A stretch of 62,274 nt of DNA, counting the filler. It is 11 parts of 11 records of this genome, joined end to end, with 100 filler letters (N's around TTAATTAATTAA, not from the genome) between each part and the next. Parts side by side here need not be neighbours in the genome. Positions count along the whole stretch, not along the records: positions 28,278 to 36,817 come from SRR7504441_2455; positions 36,918 to 40,434 come from SRR7504441_2456; positions 40,535 to 46,768 come from SRR7504441_2462; 8 more parts are not named here. One strand, 5' to 3'. A program made the position numbers and the translations under genes. The notes beneath the pieces are model-generated. The model was given only the letters and a program-made list of their open reading frames with translations. It was not told the origin of the DNA and ran no database searches. Positions 30,954-43,021 of the stretch are shown here, one piece after another. How positions within the stretch are numbered: the stretch's first letter is position 1; every line of letters starts with the position of its first letter.

Positions 30954-33900
30954 TTATGCAACCCGGGCGCACGCACCGAGGAAGAGCTGGGTTGCTGGGT
31001 TGGTCGAGTGGTTGGCTACTAATGAGGTCAGAAAGTAGTTCAGGCTCTCGGTCCGCTGTTGCAGTGCTGCCTGACTGACCACAACCTTCTTGGGCGGCAG
31101 CTCTGGCAGCCTCTTATCCACCCCAGTCTTGCCCAGCTCCTCGAGCAGGGCCACGAAGTGCGAATACCTCCTTAGCAGTACCCATTCCTCGCGGTTCATG
31201 TTCGGATAGTGCACTGTGACTGTGATTTCAAAAACAGTAGAAGTGGCCCGGCGCGAGGTGCAGAACAGCGACGAGATTAGACCTCGGGCAGGTTCAATCG
31301 GGATCTTCTGGATCACACTCGTGACTGCGAGCGGCCGGAGCTCAGGACTTTGCTCCAGGCAGCTCCCAGTGGTCTGGAACATTTTGCGACACAGCGCCTT
31401 GTAGTGGTCTCCGTAAATCATCGTATAATGGTTGCCACCCACCTCGATAACCCGCAGTGAGTTGCACACGTCAGACCACTTGCAGTCGTCTTCCATTGAG
31501 AGCTGCCACGGCTTGTCCTCGATCGGCCGGAGCAGCGTGATGTGCCCCGGGAAGAAACTGGGCTGATATGCTGCCTCCAACTTGTTGTGATGCGCCAGCA
31601 ACTCAAACATCCGCCCGGTCTTTGGGACTAGCATGAGCTGCCCCTGGTTCTGTTGCTGGGCCTGATTCAGCTGCCGGTCCATCAGCGAGCCAGAGCCTGA
31701 GCTCTCAAACCAGGACGATCCGCACGCCCGGCTGCTGTTTTGGTGAGTGCTCTTATGCTGCATCACAAAGCACGCGTTTCGGAACTGCTCCGCGTTCTGA
31801 GGGTGAAAGACATTGGCCCAGAAACACATCCGCTGGCCCATTCGCTGGGTGCCTGGGTCTGGGAACGCTGGGTCCAGCATCCAAAGTGAGGCCACCTGCC
31901 AGCAGGATCAGGCTCAACTGGGATGGAGCATGCCTGCGTGCCCTGCGCATGCAGCTGCTGAGCCATCTCGAAAGCAACTACAGCGCCGTACGACCAGCCA
32001 CAGAGGTGGTAAGGCCCTTCAGGCTGGATTGTGGTCATGTCGTGTAGCCAGCTGGCAGCCATTGCTTGCAAGGAGGCACCTAAAGGTCTTGAAGCCACAA
32101 GCGCCGGGTCTTGAAAGCAGTAGACTGCAAACCTTTGCCCAAGACCCTCTGCAATATAAAACTGCGGAAACGCCAGCCCACCAGCCGCTGGGCATATAAA
32201 AATGTTCTCTGAGCCGCCATCCTTGTGTGGCGGCTGCATCACTAGCACAGATTTGAATTCATCCGCTTTTTCTTTGCCTGACACCCAGTCAGCCGGTACA
32301 GGGCCGGCAGGCGCACCTTGTATCACATTGCTTACGTGTCGGATCGTCGGATGCTGGAAGACATCTGCCACTGACAGCGACACGCCAAACCGCTTCTCGA
32401 CCGCGCCGATCATTAGCATCGCAGTTATTGAGGTCCCCCCGAGTTGGAAGAAATTGCCAGTCACCTGTGCCAACCCTGATGAGTGATGCCGACCCGGGGC
32501 ATGCCGAAATGTTTGGCAGCCTGAGAATGTCTTGCCATATTGCCAGGATAGTGCCCTCACACTCGCCCTGCTTGGAACCTCAGCGGCAATAGCCGCGCCG
32601 GTCGCACCTCCGGAGGGACCATCCACGCCTTAGTTTGGCCGGCCGGCTGGGCCTCGGCCTCTAGGCACATTTGCTTGAGCTTCATCCGGTCAATCTGCCA
32701 CAGATCAGCTGCCAGCCAAGCCACGAGAAGGCACCTTCCCGTTAGGAGTCAGCGGCAGGGCCGCAAGAGCCTTTATCGACCCAGGCACCATGTATTGAGG
32801 CAGCGCCCCGGCCACAGAGGCCTTTAGCCGCGCCAGCCGACCCAACTGGGCTGTAGAGGATGGCTCAAGCTCCGGCTGGTGCAGCTCAGCAAACACCACA
32901 AAGCTGACCAGCAACCCGTCGCCATTCCGGTCCTGGCAGAGTATCACTGCTGCCTGGGCCACCCCAGGCTGCTCCAAAACTGCCTTCTCCACTTGTGAAA
33001 GCTCCACCCGATGCCCGTTCACCTTCACCTGACTGTCACACCGCCCCGCGAAATACAGCTGGCCATCCTCGCCGCGCCAGCCCAGGTCGCCAGTCCGGAA
33101 CGCCCGCCCGTGCCCGGGCAGCTCCAAGAACCGCTCAGCGGTCAGCTCCGGGGCGTTGTGGTAGCCCTGCGCTAGCTGGGCCCCAGTGCAATACAGCTCG
33201 CCTGTCTGCCCATCCGGCACTTGCTCCAGCTGCTCCCCTAACAGCAGCACGCCACACTCCGGCAGCGCCAGCCCTATCGGCATCAGCTCGTGCGCTGCCA
33301 GCTCGGCCGGCGGCCCCGCGTCCCCCAGACTCCGCTGAAGCACTGCGTACGTGATGTCGCCTGCAACTTCAGTCGATCCGTACAAGTTGATCAGCTGGCC
33401 AGGGTCGACCGCCTGCGCAAACTCGTGGACCAGCACGTTCGGCAGGGCCTCCCCCGAGCAGCTCCAGCTGGTGAGCCTCGGCAGCCGTTCGCCGAGGTCC
33501 GGGAAGCTTTGGAGCAGCGTGCGGAGCAGCGATGGCACTAGCACGATCCGAGCTACGTGTTGCTGAGCCAGCGCCATGAGCAGCTGCTGCGGCGACTGGA
33601 TCAAATCGTCCGGGAGCACCACCAACGGACATCCAGCCAGCAGCGGGCCAAACACCTCCCAGACCGAGTCTACAAAGTTCAGGCTGGTCTTGTGGCACAT
33701 CACACTCCGCCCAGGCACGAGCGGGAATTGCTTGTACATCCATTTGATCCGATTCAGCGCCCCGCGGTGGGTCCCACGCACGCCCTTGGGCCTACCGGTG
33801 GACCCCGAGGTGTACAGCACATATAGCAGCTGCCGTTATACCAGTGAGCGGCCACGCCTGCCTACGGGACGGCACCTCTGAAGGCTGGCCAGGGTCAGTT

Positions 33901-34479
33901 GGCACTCTATCGGCCGGCAGCGCGTTGTAGCACTCCATCAGCTCGGGCTCGCCCAGCTCGATCTTGGGGACGGCCACCCTCGGGTCTCCTATCAGCCAGC
34001 TGGCCTGCGGGTTTTGGTGCTGTGTGAGGATGCACGCCAGCCCGGCATTCTCGATTATATGAAGCAAGTAGGACTGCGGATACCGCGGGTCCAGCGCCAC
34101 GTACGCCGCCTGCGCCTTGATCACCGCGAGCATCGCCGCCACCGAGAACAGCCCCCTGCCCTCCGGCTGGCGCGGCCCGCGACGCCGGCACCTTGGTACA
34201 CAAATCCCGACCAGGGCGCCGGGCCCGACGCCGTTTAGCATGAGCAGCCGCTGGAGCTGGTTCACCCTAGCCTCCAGCTGGTCAAAGTCCACCTGCCCGC
34301 CCTGATCCCCTTCCCTCTGACTGGCCCACCGGGTCGGCTTGCTCGTCCGGGTGCGGGATGATCAGGGCGGCCAGGGCCGGGTTCTGGTCGGCCCGGGCCT
34401 CGAAGGCCTGGTGGACCGTCTGGAACTCGAACCGGTCGGCCGACGTGTCCTTCCGCAGCCGCCCATCCTCCAACCACAT
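30954..34479 (-). CDS. Monomodular NRPS-like enzyme: adenylation (Ebony-like) - thiolation - thioesterase - PX domain
   Basis: A-domain motifs YTSGSTGRPKG, FVDSVWE, SGEAL, NLYGSTE, GELY, FRTGDL, GRCDSQVKVNGHRVEL, LPQYMVP, NGK|ID. T domain NFFQLGGTS. TE GWSYG and GGNHYTM. PX domain EEWVLLRRYSHFVALLEEL...LPELPPKK...QRTESLNYFL. Seven short introns, two of them GC-AG (31896-31933, 32465-32504). Confidence 0.88.
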
Positions 34480-34689
34480 CGCGGCTGGCTCACCCGCCCT
34501 AGGTACTGGTTGGGATCCACAGCACTGAGTGCATGCACACTGCACTGGTGCGGGTGAGACTGTTGCTTCACCGATCTCTTCAACGGCCGCGGCCTGTGAC
34601 CCAAAACGGCACCGAAGCGTGTTGGCGGGAGCTGCTGCGGAGGGGTTCGGCGCAGCCCGCGAGCCGGGGGGTGCTTGGCTCCCGGAGAG

Positions 34690-36817
34690 ATGGTGTTCTA
34701 CACGCTTTCAGTCGAGTCCCCCGAGCACATCGCGGTCCGGCCAGCCAGCCGCGGCTTGCCAGCCCGGGGGCCAGGGCGACTATCAAGTGAAGCAGGCAGC
34801 CTTCGGGCCAGGCTGGCCCGAAGGGGTGCTCAGTAAGCTCCAGAACACCGGCACCGGGCGCTGACCGGCCGGCTCGGCAGCCTGTCCTGTCTTTGACTGC
34901 GGTGAAGACGAGCAACTCCGGAAGGTGGTGAGGCGGCAGGTTTATAAACATATTGCTTTGGTGGTGCCAGCTGCCCGCCCGGGCTGTGGCTGAACCGATC
35001 GCAGAAACGGTCGAAAGATCAGCCGGACTACATGCTTGTCAGGCATTTGGAAGGAAAGTTGGCGACTGCAGTAATCATGACGATGCGCGACCAGCGTGAG
35101 TGCGAAACTCTGGTCCTACCAAAGGTCTCTTTCGCCATGTCATTGCAACTGTTGTTTGGGGAGACCGGAGTATAGTGACAGTGTTGTTTGGTCAGGGAGC
35201 GCTGCAGGACGAATGCAACATTCCGGCATTCTGTATTGGCAAAGCAGACGGGCAAGCACTTTCGAGGGCAGCAGAGCAGGGCCCTGTTGTCCTCTCCCTT
35301 GTTGCTGCTGTGGTGGACATCTACAGCTTTGGGTTGGGGTGCAAGGGACAGATTGGGCTTTCAAATGGTGATCTCAATTGATTAGCAGACATTTTACCAG
35401 ATTTGTGTGGTGTTAGACTTGTCGTTTGTCACCTGCTGGAAGCCCACTTTGTGCTGCAAGGAGAAGAGCGTGTCGTCGCTGATTTGTGGTGAACAACACA
35501 CAGTGATCCAACCGCGTTGCTGCCTTGTATTAACAGGCTGCCAGGTGGTGCTACTAGACTCTGGCTGTGTTTTTGCATTTGGTGATAATGAAGTCGGACA
35601 GCTAGGATGTGGTGCGGTCCCTGCACGATAGAAAACTCTTATGGATGCTGGTGGGTTGGTAGGAGATTATCAGAGCCGCTCAAAACCAGAACGGGTACAC
35701 CTGGATGGTCTCAAGGTCACAGCGATTGGCGGAGGTAGCTTCCACACACTGGCAATCACCGGGGCTGAGGGCCTATGGTCTTGGGGTTGCAATGATTACG
35801 GACAGCTGGGGCACTCCAACAGGGATAAGCAGACCACACCACAGATGGTCGATGGGTTTGAAAGGCGGAAGGTGATTTCAGTGGATGGTGGTTACATGCA
35901 CACAATATGCCTAGTGCAAAATTGGTCGCGAACCGAGGCACAGGCTGCAGAGGAGGCTCGGCTGAAGAAGGAAGCTGAGAAATCTTCTAGGTTGAAGAAG
36001 AAGGGTGTGGGTAAGGTCAATAAATTTCGCGTGACGGTCAGCCCTGCACAGATTGAAAAGGACTTAACTGGATTGGTTTTGTAGGCTCTTTTGGAAAAAG
36101 CTGGATTAGCTGAGGTAGATGAGGGCAAACAAGAAAGACGGGATAAGAAACGAACGCTTAAGGACATCTTCGCGAAGAAAGAAGCACGGAAAAAGCTGGA
36201 ATCTGACCCAGAAGCTGAACGCAGGACAGTCTACACATTTGGTGATGGTGGACGTGGGCAGATGGGGCATGGGGACCTCTACACTGTTGCTTACTTTGCC
36301 GCCCATAACCCGAAGGACAATGCAGCGATTCAAGCTCGACAGAGGCACTTCACCGCAAACGGGGCGGCTCGAAAGATCGAAGAACTTCTAAAGTATCAGG
36401 AGGGCAAGCTGGTACCCCATTCGGAAAAGTTGACGCCTCATTCATTGGGCCGTTAGGTTAAAGTGCTGGCACGAGGGTCTCAGTCTGCAATCTTAACCAG
36501 CACCCACAGCATCTTCATGTTTGGTGCAAATGAATTTGGCCAACTAGGATTAGGAGATCGCAAGGACAGAAATACACCCTGCTTACTCGACAAGGTGACC
36601 AAAACGGTGTGTTCGTAGCCATGTTGATGCTGCTTGTTGTCAGAAATTCAACAAGGACGAGAGACTAGTGGATCTTTCCCTTGGACAGTCACACACACTC
36701 TTTCTCACCTCAGAAGGAAACGTGTTTGGTTGTGGACGGGGAATGGAGGGACAACTTGGACAGGGAGATGGCTCAAACTGACTAGATGGAGGGCAAGAGC
36801 CTTCTCCTCCGAGCTCT
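34690..36817 (+). CDS. PA-domain-like N-terminus + RCC1 repeats, multi-exon, 3'-truncated
   Basis: Spliced N-terminus MVFYTLSVESPEHIAGDYQVKQAAFGP...HIALVKR...ATAVIM...NIPAFCIGKADGQAL, then RCC1 repeats (IYSFGLGCKGQIG, FAFGDNEVGQLG, WSWGCNDYGQLG, YTFGDGGRGQMG, MFGANEFGQLG). Confidence 0.72.
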
Positions 36818-36917
36818 NNNNNNNNNNNNNNNNNNNNNNNNNNNNNNNNNNNNNNNNNNNNTTAATTAATTAANNNNNNNNNNNNNNNNNNNNNNNNNNN
36901 NNNNNNNNNNNNNNNNN
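36818..36917. other. Artificial contig linker
   Basis: N44-TTAATTAATTAA-N44. Confidence 0.99.
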
Positions 36918-38226
36918 CTGTCTTGCGCGGATCATCAGGCAACAGGTTGATATACTTAGCCTCATGCATCAGCATCGAATGCCTCAGGTGGGGCACCGGG
37001 GCCGAGCCCTGCCCAGCCTCAGACCAGCGCCAGACCCAGCCGACCTGCTCGGCCCTCCTCCGGCTATCTAACCGCCTCACGTTCGCTGTGCGCCTCAAGT
37101 GCTGAGTCTCATCTTGGCTCATGGTCGCATGCGCAGCCGACGCCTCATAAGCCGCCGCCCGGTCGATGTCGCCTTGCCGGCGCTCGGTCTCCAGCTGACG
37201 CAGCACGTGTGACACCTGGAACGGCTAGCAGCAGCCCCGAGCTCGCGCCACACCCCGTGCACTTGAGCCTGCTTTGTCAGTTCCAGTCGCTTGCCAACCG
37301 ACAGAATATCGCCAGAGTGCGCGCCCTGCTCGATCCGATTAGCTCCGGCGGCCGGGTGGCTGCCTGCGATCTGGGCTCGGCCATCCTGAGGGCTTGGACC
37401 CTCGAGGGCCCGAGCAGCGAGCCGGCCGCTGTCAAGATCCTGTGACCACTAGTTTAGCTTTGAGCGGCCAAGGCACATCGAGGGGTTATAACATAGTGTA
37501 GCGCGCTGTCTAAGCCCAACCGGTATTGAGGGCCAGTGGGGCCGTTGGTAGCAGCGGGCGGTGGTTTGGGCGGCTGAGAGCACCATGGAAGGCATGGTCG
37601 GCCAACCCGGAGACTCTAGATTCAGCCGCCGCCTAGCCAGGCAAGGGAAGCCTACCCGCGCTCCTCCAGAGTGGGCACACACGCCCCGTGCAGCCGCTCG
37701 TACCTGCCCGAGCCCTCACCCCGGGGCCCTGATAATAAACTGCTGTAACTAATAATAATACCGGCCACACAGCTGCTCCCCTTCCTCGATCGGTGAGTAG
37801 GCCTTGGACTCAAACGCGTCGCGCCAGGCCTGCCCCCAAGTTCCAGCCATCCCGCACCGGCCGCACCTTGAGTTCGGATAGCCCGTGCCGGCCGATTTCG
37901 CTCTGGCGGATCACGGCACCCGGCCGCTCCTGACCCAAACCCTGAGCGGCCGGGCAGCAAGTGCGGGGGGCACCTGTCGGCTCCGGCGGAGATGGTCGGC
38001 CATTTCGACTATCTTGAGCACCTTGTGGTCGTGGCTGAGTTGGCTCTCCGGCGCTGGCCCTGGCTCAGCCCTAGTCGCGGGCTCCACACCCGGGGGGGCG
38101 CATGAGAAGTCATCGAGCGAGATCGGGGGGACATAGTCAACCCTGGTGGCCGCTCGTCGGGGGCCGCCCGGGAGCGCACCCGTAGTACGCGGCGACCGTG
38201 GTTAGGAAGCCGCCTGAGGAGGCCAT
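36918..38226 (-). CDS. Hypothetical multi-exon protein, 3'-truncated
   Basis: MASSGGFLTTVAAYYG|VDYVPPISLDDF...HKVLKIVEMADHLRRSRQ| with short GT-AG introns, continuing towards ORF 36862-37215. No domain recognised. Confidence 0.45.
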
Positions 38227-38309
38227 GTCACACACGCGTTCCCGCCACCACCTGAAACGGTCGATATCGGCTGCGCTCCCAGTGCTGAGGAGGCGGCTGC
38301 GCTCCCAGA

Positions 38310-39386
38310 ATGCGGCGGGTGCACGCGGTGCTGGTGCACCGGCACGGGGACCGGACCCCGATCACCCGGATCGCCGGGCGGCCGCTCTGGCGCTCGCTCC
38401 TGCCTGACTCAGCCCGGCTTGCCCGGCTGCACCAGCGGCACCCGGCCACTGCGGGCAGCAGGCACCGCGCCGCCGGGGAGCCACCGTTCGGGCAGCTCAC
38501 GGCGCTCGGGCTGGACCAGCTCGGGCAGCTCGGCCGGAGGCTGCGGGCCCAAGGCGGCCCACCGGCCAGCGTGAGCTGCCACGCCACCCCGTTTGAGCGG
38601 ACAATTCAATCGACTCAGGCGCTGCTGGCCGGGCTGGAGGCGCCCCCGGGGGTGGAGGTGGATACCTCGCTCGGGGAGCTGCTTTTGCCAGACCCCGAGC
38701 CGCGGCACCCCCGGCAGGCCGAGCTGGAGGCCGCAGTGCGGCATGCCGACAGCCCGGAGCTGGATCGGCTGGCCGAGCGGTGCGTGGATCGGCTGGCGGC
38801 AGGCGGGGTGCTGGAAGCAAGAGCTCGGCTGTACCGGCCGGAAGGCGAGGTGAATTGGAACCGGCTGGCAGAGGTGAGCAAGTGTGTTGAAGTCCACTGG
38901 GAGAGGCCGCTGATTGATCCGGCTGACCGCGAGGCTGTGATGTGGCACGCGGCTAGCCGGTGGTTCGAGATGTTCCAGACTCGCGAGCTGACCAAGTATG
39001 CGATTGGAGGGATGCTCCAACGAATGCTGCGTGTGCTCCAGAGCCCCGATAGACCGGAGCTTCAGATCTACAGCGCGCACGACTCGACGTTGATTGCGTT
39101 GCTGTCGGCGCTGCAAGTGGAGAGCCTGGACGGAGTGCCAATGATGGAATGGCCGCCGTACGCCTCCTACTTGATGATCGAGCTCTTGGCTGAGCCCAGC
39201 GGCGAGTTGCGACTGGCGTGCTCATATAACGGCCAGCAAGTGCTGTTGGGCGGGGCTGCCTGCCGGGCGGTGCCAAGGGACGGAGCAGGGTACCCGCTGG
39301 AGGCGGTGCTAGCCGACGCTGAGGATGTTCTTGCCCCCGAGTCGCGGGATGAGGCGACAATCGACCGAGAATTAGCCCGGGTATAA
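38310..39386 (+). CDS. Histidine acid phosphatase (branch 2)
   Basis: RHGDRTP catalytic motif, GQLTALG, RTIQS, YSAHDSTL, WPPYAS. Intronless. Confidence 0.92.
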   Translation: MRRVHAVLVHRHGDRTPITRIAGRPLWRSLLPDSARLARLHQRHPATAGSRHRAAGEPPFGQLTALGLDQLGQLGRRLRAQGGPPASVSCHATPFERTIQSTQALLAGLEAPPGVEVDTSLGELLLPDPEPRHPRQAELEAAVRHADSPELDRLAERCVDRLAAGGVLEARARLYRPEGEVNWNRLAEVSKCVEVHWERPLIDPADREAVMWHAASRWFEMFQTRELTKYAIGGMLQRMLRVLQSPDRPELQIYSAHDSTLIALLSALQVESLDGVPMMEWPPYASYLMIELLAEPSGELRLACSYNGQQVLLGGAACRAVPRDGAGYPLEAVLADAEDVLAPESRDEATIDRELARV

Positions 39387-39523
39387 TGTCGAGCTTTTCA
39401 TATATTAAAGTATACACCGAATATTATTATTTGGAGGCATTTGAGCTCATTGAAGCTCTGATCTCGGCATCTTTCGCCACCTACACACAAGGCTCAATCG
39501 GCACATGGCTCGGCATTGCGTAG

Positions 39524-40170
39524 CTATAAAGGTTGCGAGCTTGCCTGGGCTTTCCTAGCGTCTAGCATGCGCTGCTCTAGCCTCTTGTTAAACTCTTCCT
39601 CCTCCTTCTTGGCCGCGGCCGCATCCTCTTTGGCCTTCTTGCTGGCCGCTCTCTTTTCGCTCTTGGCCCGTCCTTCTTTCACCCACTGATCTTCGTCCTT
39701 CTTGCCCCTCCTAACCTTCTTCTTCCTCTCCACCTTCTTGCGAGCCGCCCGCGCCCGATATCCGCCTGGCCAGCCCTCGCCGGCGCCCGACTCGCCCCTT
39801 ACTCTGGATCCTAGTGGCGGCCTTGCTCTTTTCGCTGTCCTCCGGCTGCTCCTTCGGGCCGGCACTGCTGTTCTGCATCAGGCCTAAGTAGCCTGCCCGC
39901 CGGCTCAGCCACCGCCACCACCCCCGCCCACCTTTCCACGCGTCCCCCACAATGTGCTGCCCCCGCTGGCTCGGCCGGGGTGGCACAGTGCGGTGCCTGC
40001 ATGTATTCGCCAAAGCTGATATCCCCGCTCGAATTAGTGTCAAACATCGTCATGCTGGCCGACACCTCCACCTCTGCCCCGCCCGCTCCCCGCCAGCCCC
40101 CAGCGCAGCCCACCCGACGGCGCCCGACCTAGCTGCACCCCGAGCAGCGCTGCCAGCTCAGATTTGTCTA
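39524..40170 (-). CDS. Small EF-hand + IQ-motif protein (multi-exon; start unresolved)
   Basis: FDTNSSGDISFGEY (EF-hand); spliced AATRIQSGYRARAARK (IQ motif); basic/acidic tail; GC-AG intron 39957-39996. Confidence 0.55.
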
Positions 40171-40434
40171 TGAGCGGCGTCTATGCTTATACTAGAAGTA
40201 ATTTTGATTTCTCTCTTGATCTTGGCCTGGACCTAGCTTCTTGGGAAAGTCCTTTGCGCCCGACCAAGTGTAGTTGATGACAGCGCACCATGGTCGTCAC
40301 GTCGAAGTGGCTGTATGCGCATCAATTGAGCCAAGAGAACGTGGCGGCTCAGTACTCGAGCCAGCACCCGAAGAGCTACGCCGAGCAGCAGCTGGAGAAG
40401 CAGCTGCAGTACATTGAGCAGCGCTCGGGCAGCA

Positions 40435-40534
40435 NNNNNNNNNNNNNNNNNNNNNNNNNNNNNNNNNNNNNNNNNNNNTTAATTAATTAANNNNNNNNNN
40501 NNNNNNNNNNNNNNNNNNNNNNNNNNNNNNNNNN
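40435..40534. other. Artificial contig linker
   Basis: N44-TTAATTAATTAA-N44. Confidence 0.99.
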
Positions 40535-43021
40535 CGCGTGAACGGGGCGAGGGTCGGGGCCCGGCGCAAGTATGACGTGGCGTGGACCGACTACTCGTCT
40601 CGCGTGAGCTACGTCGGATTCGAGATCGGGCCACACATGGTGCCGGGGGAGAACGTGGCCGCGGTCGAACTCGGGAACGGCTGGTATCAGCAGCAAGGAT
40701 GGTATCAGCAGCCTCCGTATATGGGCTGCCGCAACCCGGCCGGGCCCGGGAGCCACGGCCAGGGAGAGCACACATGCAACGGTGGCGGCTTCTCGTACCC
40801 TAATCTGAACCAGCTGCTGCTGAAGGCATCTATCCAGCTCGAGGCTGGCGGCGAGCTGCATCTGGCGTCTGGCCCGGGCTGGCAGGCCGGGCCGGGTCCT
40901 GTCGTGTTTGACTCAATCTACGACGGTGAGAAGCGCGACGCCCGGCGTGAGGAGCCTGGGTGGGATCGGCAAGGGTTTGTGCCTCCGGCGAACTGGACAA
41001 ATGCCACCGTCGTCCATCCGAGTGCCAACGTCGCAGCCAACGCTACGCTGAGAGTCCAGCCGTACGAGCCGATACGCGTGGTGGCGGAGGAGTCGGCAGT
41101 GGACACTTGGGTGTCACCTGGCGGGAGCACGGTGCTTGATTTCGGACGGAACATGGTAGGAGTGACCCGACTACGGATCCGACATCCTGTTGCGGGGCAC
41201 CAGGTGAGTCTGAGGCACGCCGAGGTGCTCACTCACCCACCGTACGGCCCAGCAGACGGCTCACTGTACTATGGATCCCTGCGGAACGCGCATGCGACTG
41301 ACGTCTACGTGATGTCTGGTCGAGGCGGCGCGGAAGTATTCGAGCCGAAATTCACCGCACATGGATTCCGTTATTTGGAAGTCATCGGGTGTCAGATCGC
41401 GCCAGGGGATGCGACGAGGCTGGTGGTGCATAACGACGTGTCCTCGAGGTCTTCAATCAAGTTCAACCACGGAGAGCCTGAATTTGTGCTGAATAAACTG
41501 ACCGCAGCGATTCGAAATACAATATCAGCCAACCTGCAGGGAGGCCCACAGTCGTGCGCATCGCGTGACGAGCGGCAGTTTTTCACCGGAGACACGGCGC
41601 TGGCGGCCGAGGCCTCGCTGCTGCATTATGACGTGGCTGCCGTCTACACACACTGGCTTTCGACCGTCACGGACCAGCAGCGTGCAGACGGGGCGGTGGG
41701 AGATTATTCTCCTGATACAGTTGGAGACACCCGGGACGGGCATTCAAATTGGGGGACCGGGTTCCCAACGGTGGCGTGGATGCTTTGGAAGCTGGGAGCG
41801 GACACGGCGGTCATTCAACGGAATTTGGGAGGGCTGAAGCGGTATGTGGCGTTTCTGGAGGAGCAGTACAGCCAGACTGCCCCTGGGCTTAGTCAGTTCT
41901 GGAAGTCGTGCATCAAAGGCTGGATCACCATCGGCGACACCCCTGATTGCTCGGCCATGGCCAGCTTCGGATACATTAACAGCCTCCGTATGGCTGCAGA
42001 CATGGCGCTAGCTGTGAACGATTCGGGAGCGGGAGAGTACAAGAGTCGGTTTGAATCTCGCCTGGCCGAGTTTCACCAGTCGTTCTACCACCCTGCGAAC
42101 AGCACCACGCCAGCACACTACGGGTTAAACACGCAGGCTGAGAATGCAATGGCGCTGTGGATTGGTGCCCCACCAACCAAAGAAATAAGGGGTGCAATTG
42201 CGAGTAATCTAGCCGCGCAGATTGAAGGCATGATCGCGATGACTGCGATGAGCAACTCCAGCGACCCCCCTGCTGGGCTGAACTTTGTCGGAGGGGTCGG
42301 CCAGCGGTTCCTGTGGGAAGCTCTCGCAGACAGCGGACACATGCGCACGGCGTTGGACTTGTTGTTAAAAGAGAGCTTTCCCGGGTATGGATACATGGTT
42401 TCGAACAAGTATGAGCCGGCCACGTCGCTGTGGGAGCTGTGGGATAGCGACAAGGGCAGCCCTACAATGGACAGCCGGAATCACATCTACTCGGCCTCGA
42501 TCTCCACTTTCATGTTCAAATACCTGGCTGGAGTCCAGGTAAGCTGCTTTAATTGATAATATTGATCATCAATTCTGACTTGTTTGGTTATGAACGCGCT
42601 GACCAGGCGGGTGTAGGCCACCCTCGCTGGGTATGACAGAGTTTTGATCAAGCCCTACATCTCAAATCAGAGCGCACTGCATACTGTGGAGGCCTCTGTG
42701 GGCACACCACACGGCGAGATCCTCAGCGCATGGACCACCAACCGATCCGCCGGTGATCTGGGCCGAGATTCCGCTGTGTATCAGCATAACCTGACTTTAC
42801 CGGTTGGAGTTGTTGCCGAGGTGGTGATTGGTTTGAGTGGGCTGGATGGCAACGCCGTGCTGATCAAAGAGAGAGAAGAGCTGATTTGGAGCAACGGAAA
42901 GTTTGTGCCGGGTGTCAAGGGTATTGCCAGCGGAGCGATCGGGCCCGAAGGCGTGACGTTTGAGGTCCAGCAGGGCCAGTACCGTTTTGAGTTGATTAGT
43001 TCTGCTCTTGCGGACACATAG
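40535..43021 (+). CDS. GH78 alpha-L-rhamnosidase, 5'-truncated
   Basis: ELGNGWY, SIYDGE, LDFGRNMVG, FTAHGFRY, RDERQFFTGD, ATSLWELW, SRNH, TPHGEILSAW. Intron 42539-42616 joins ORF 42644-43021 in frame. Confidence 0.92.
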
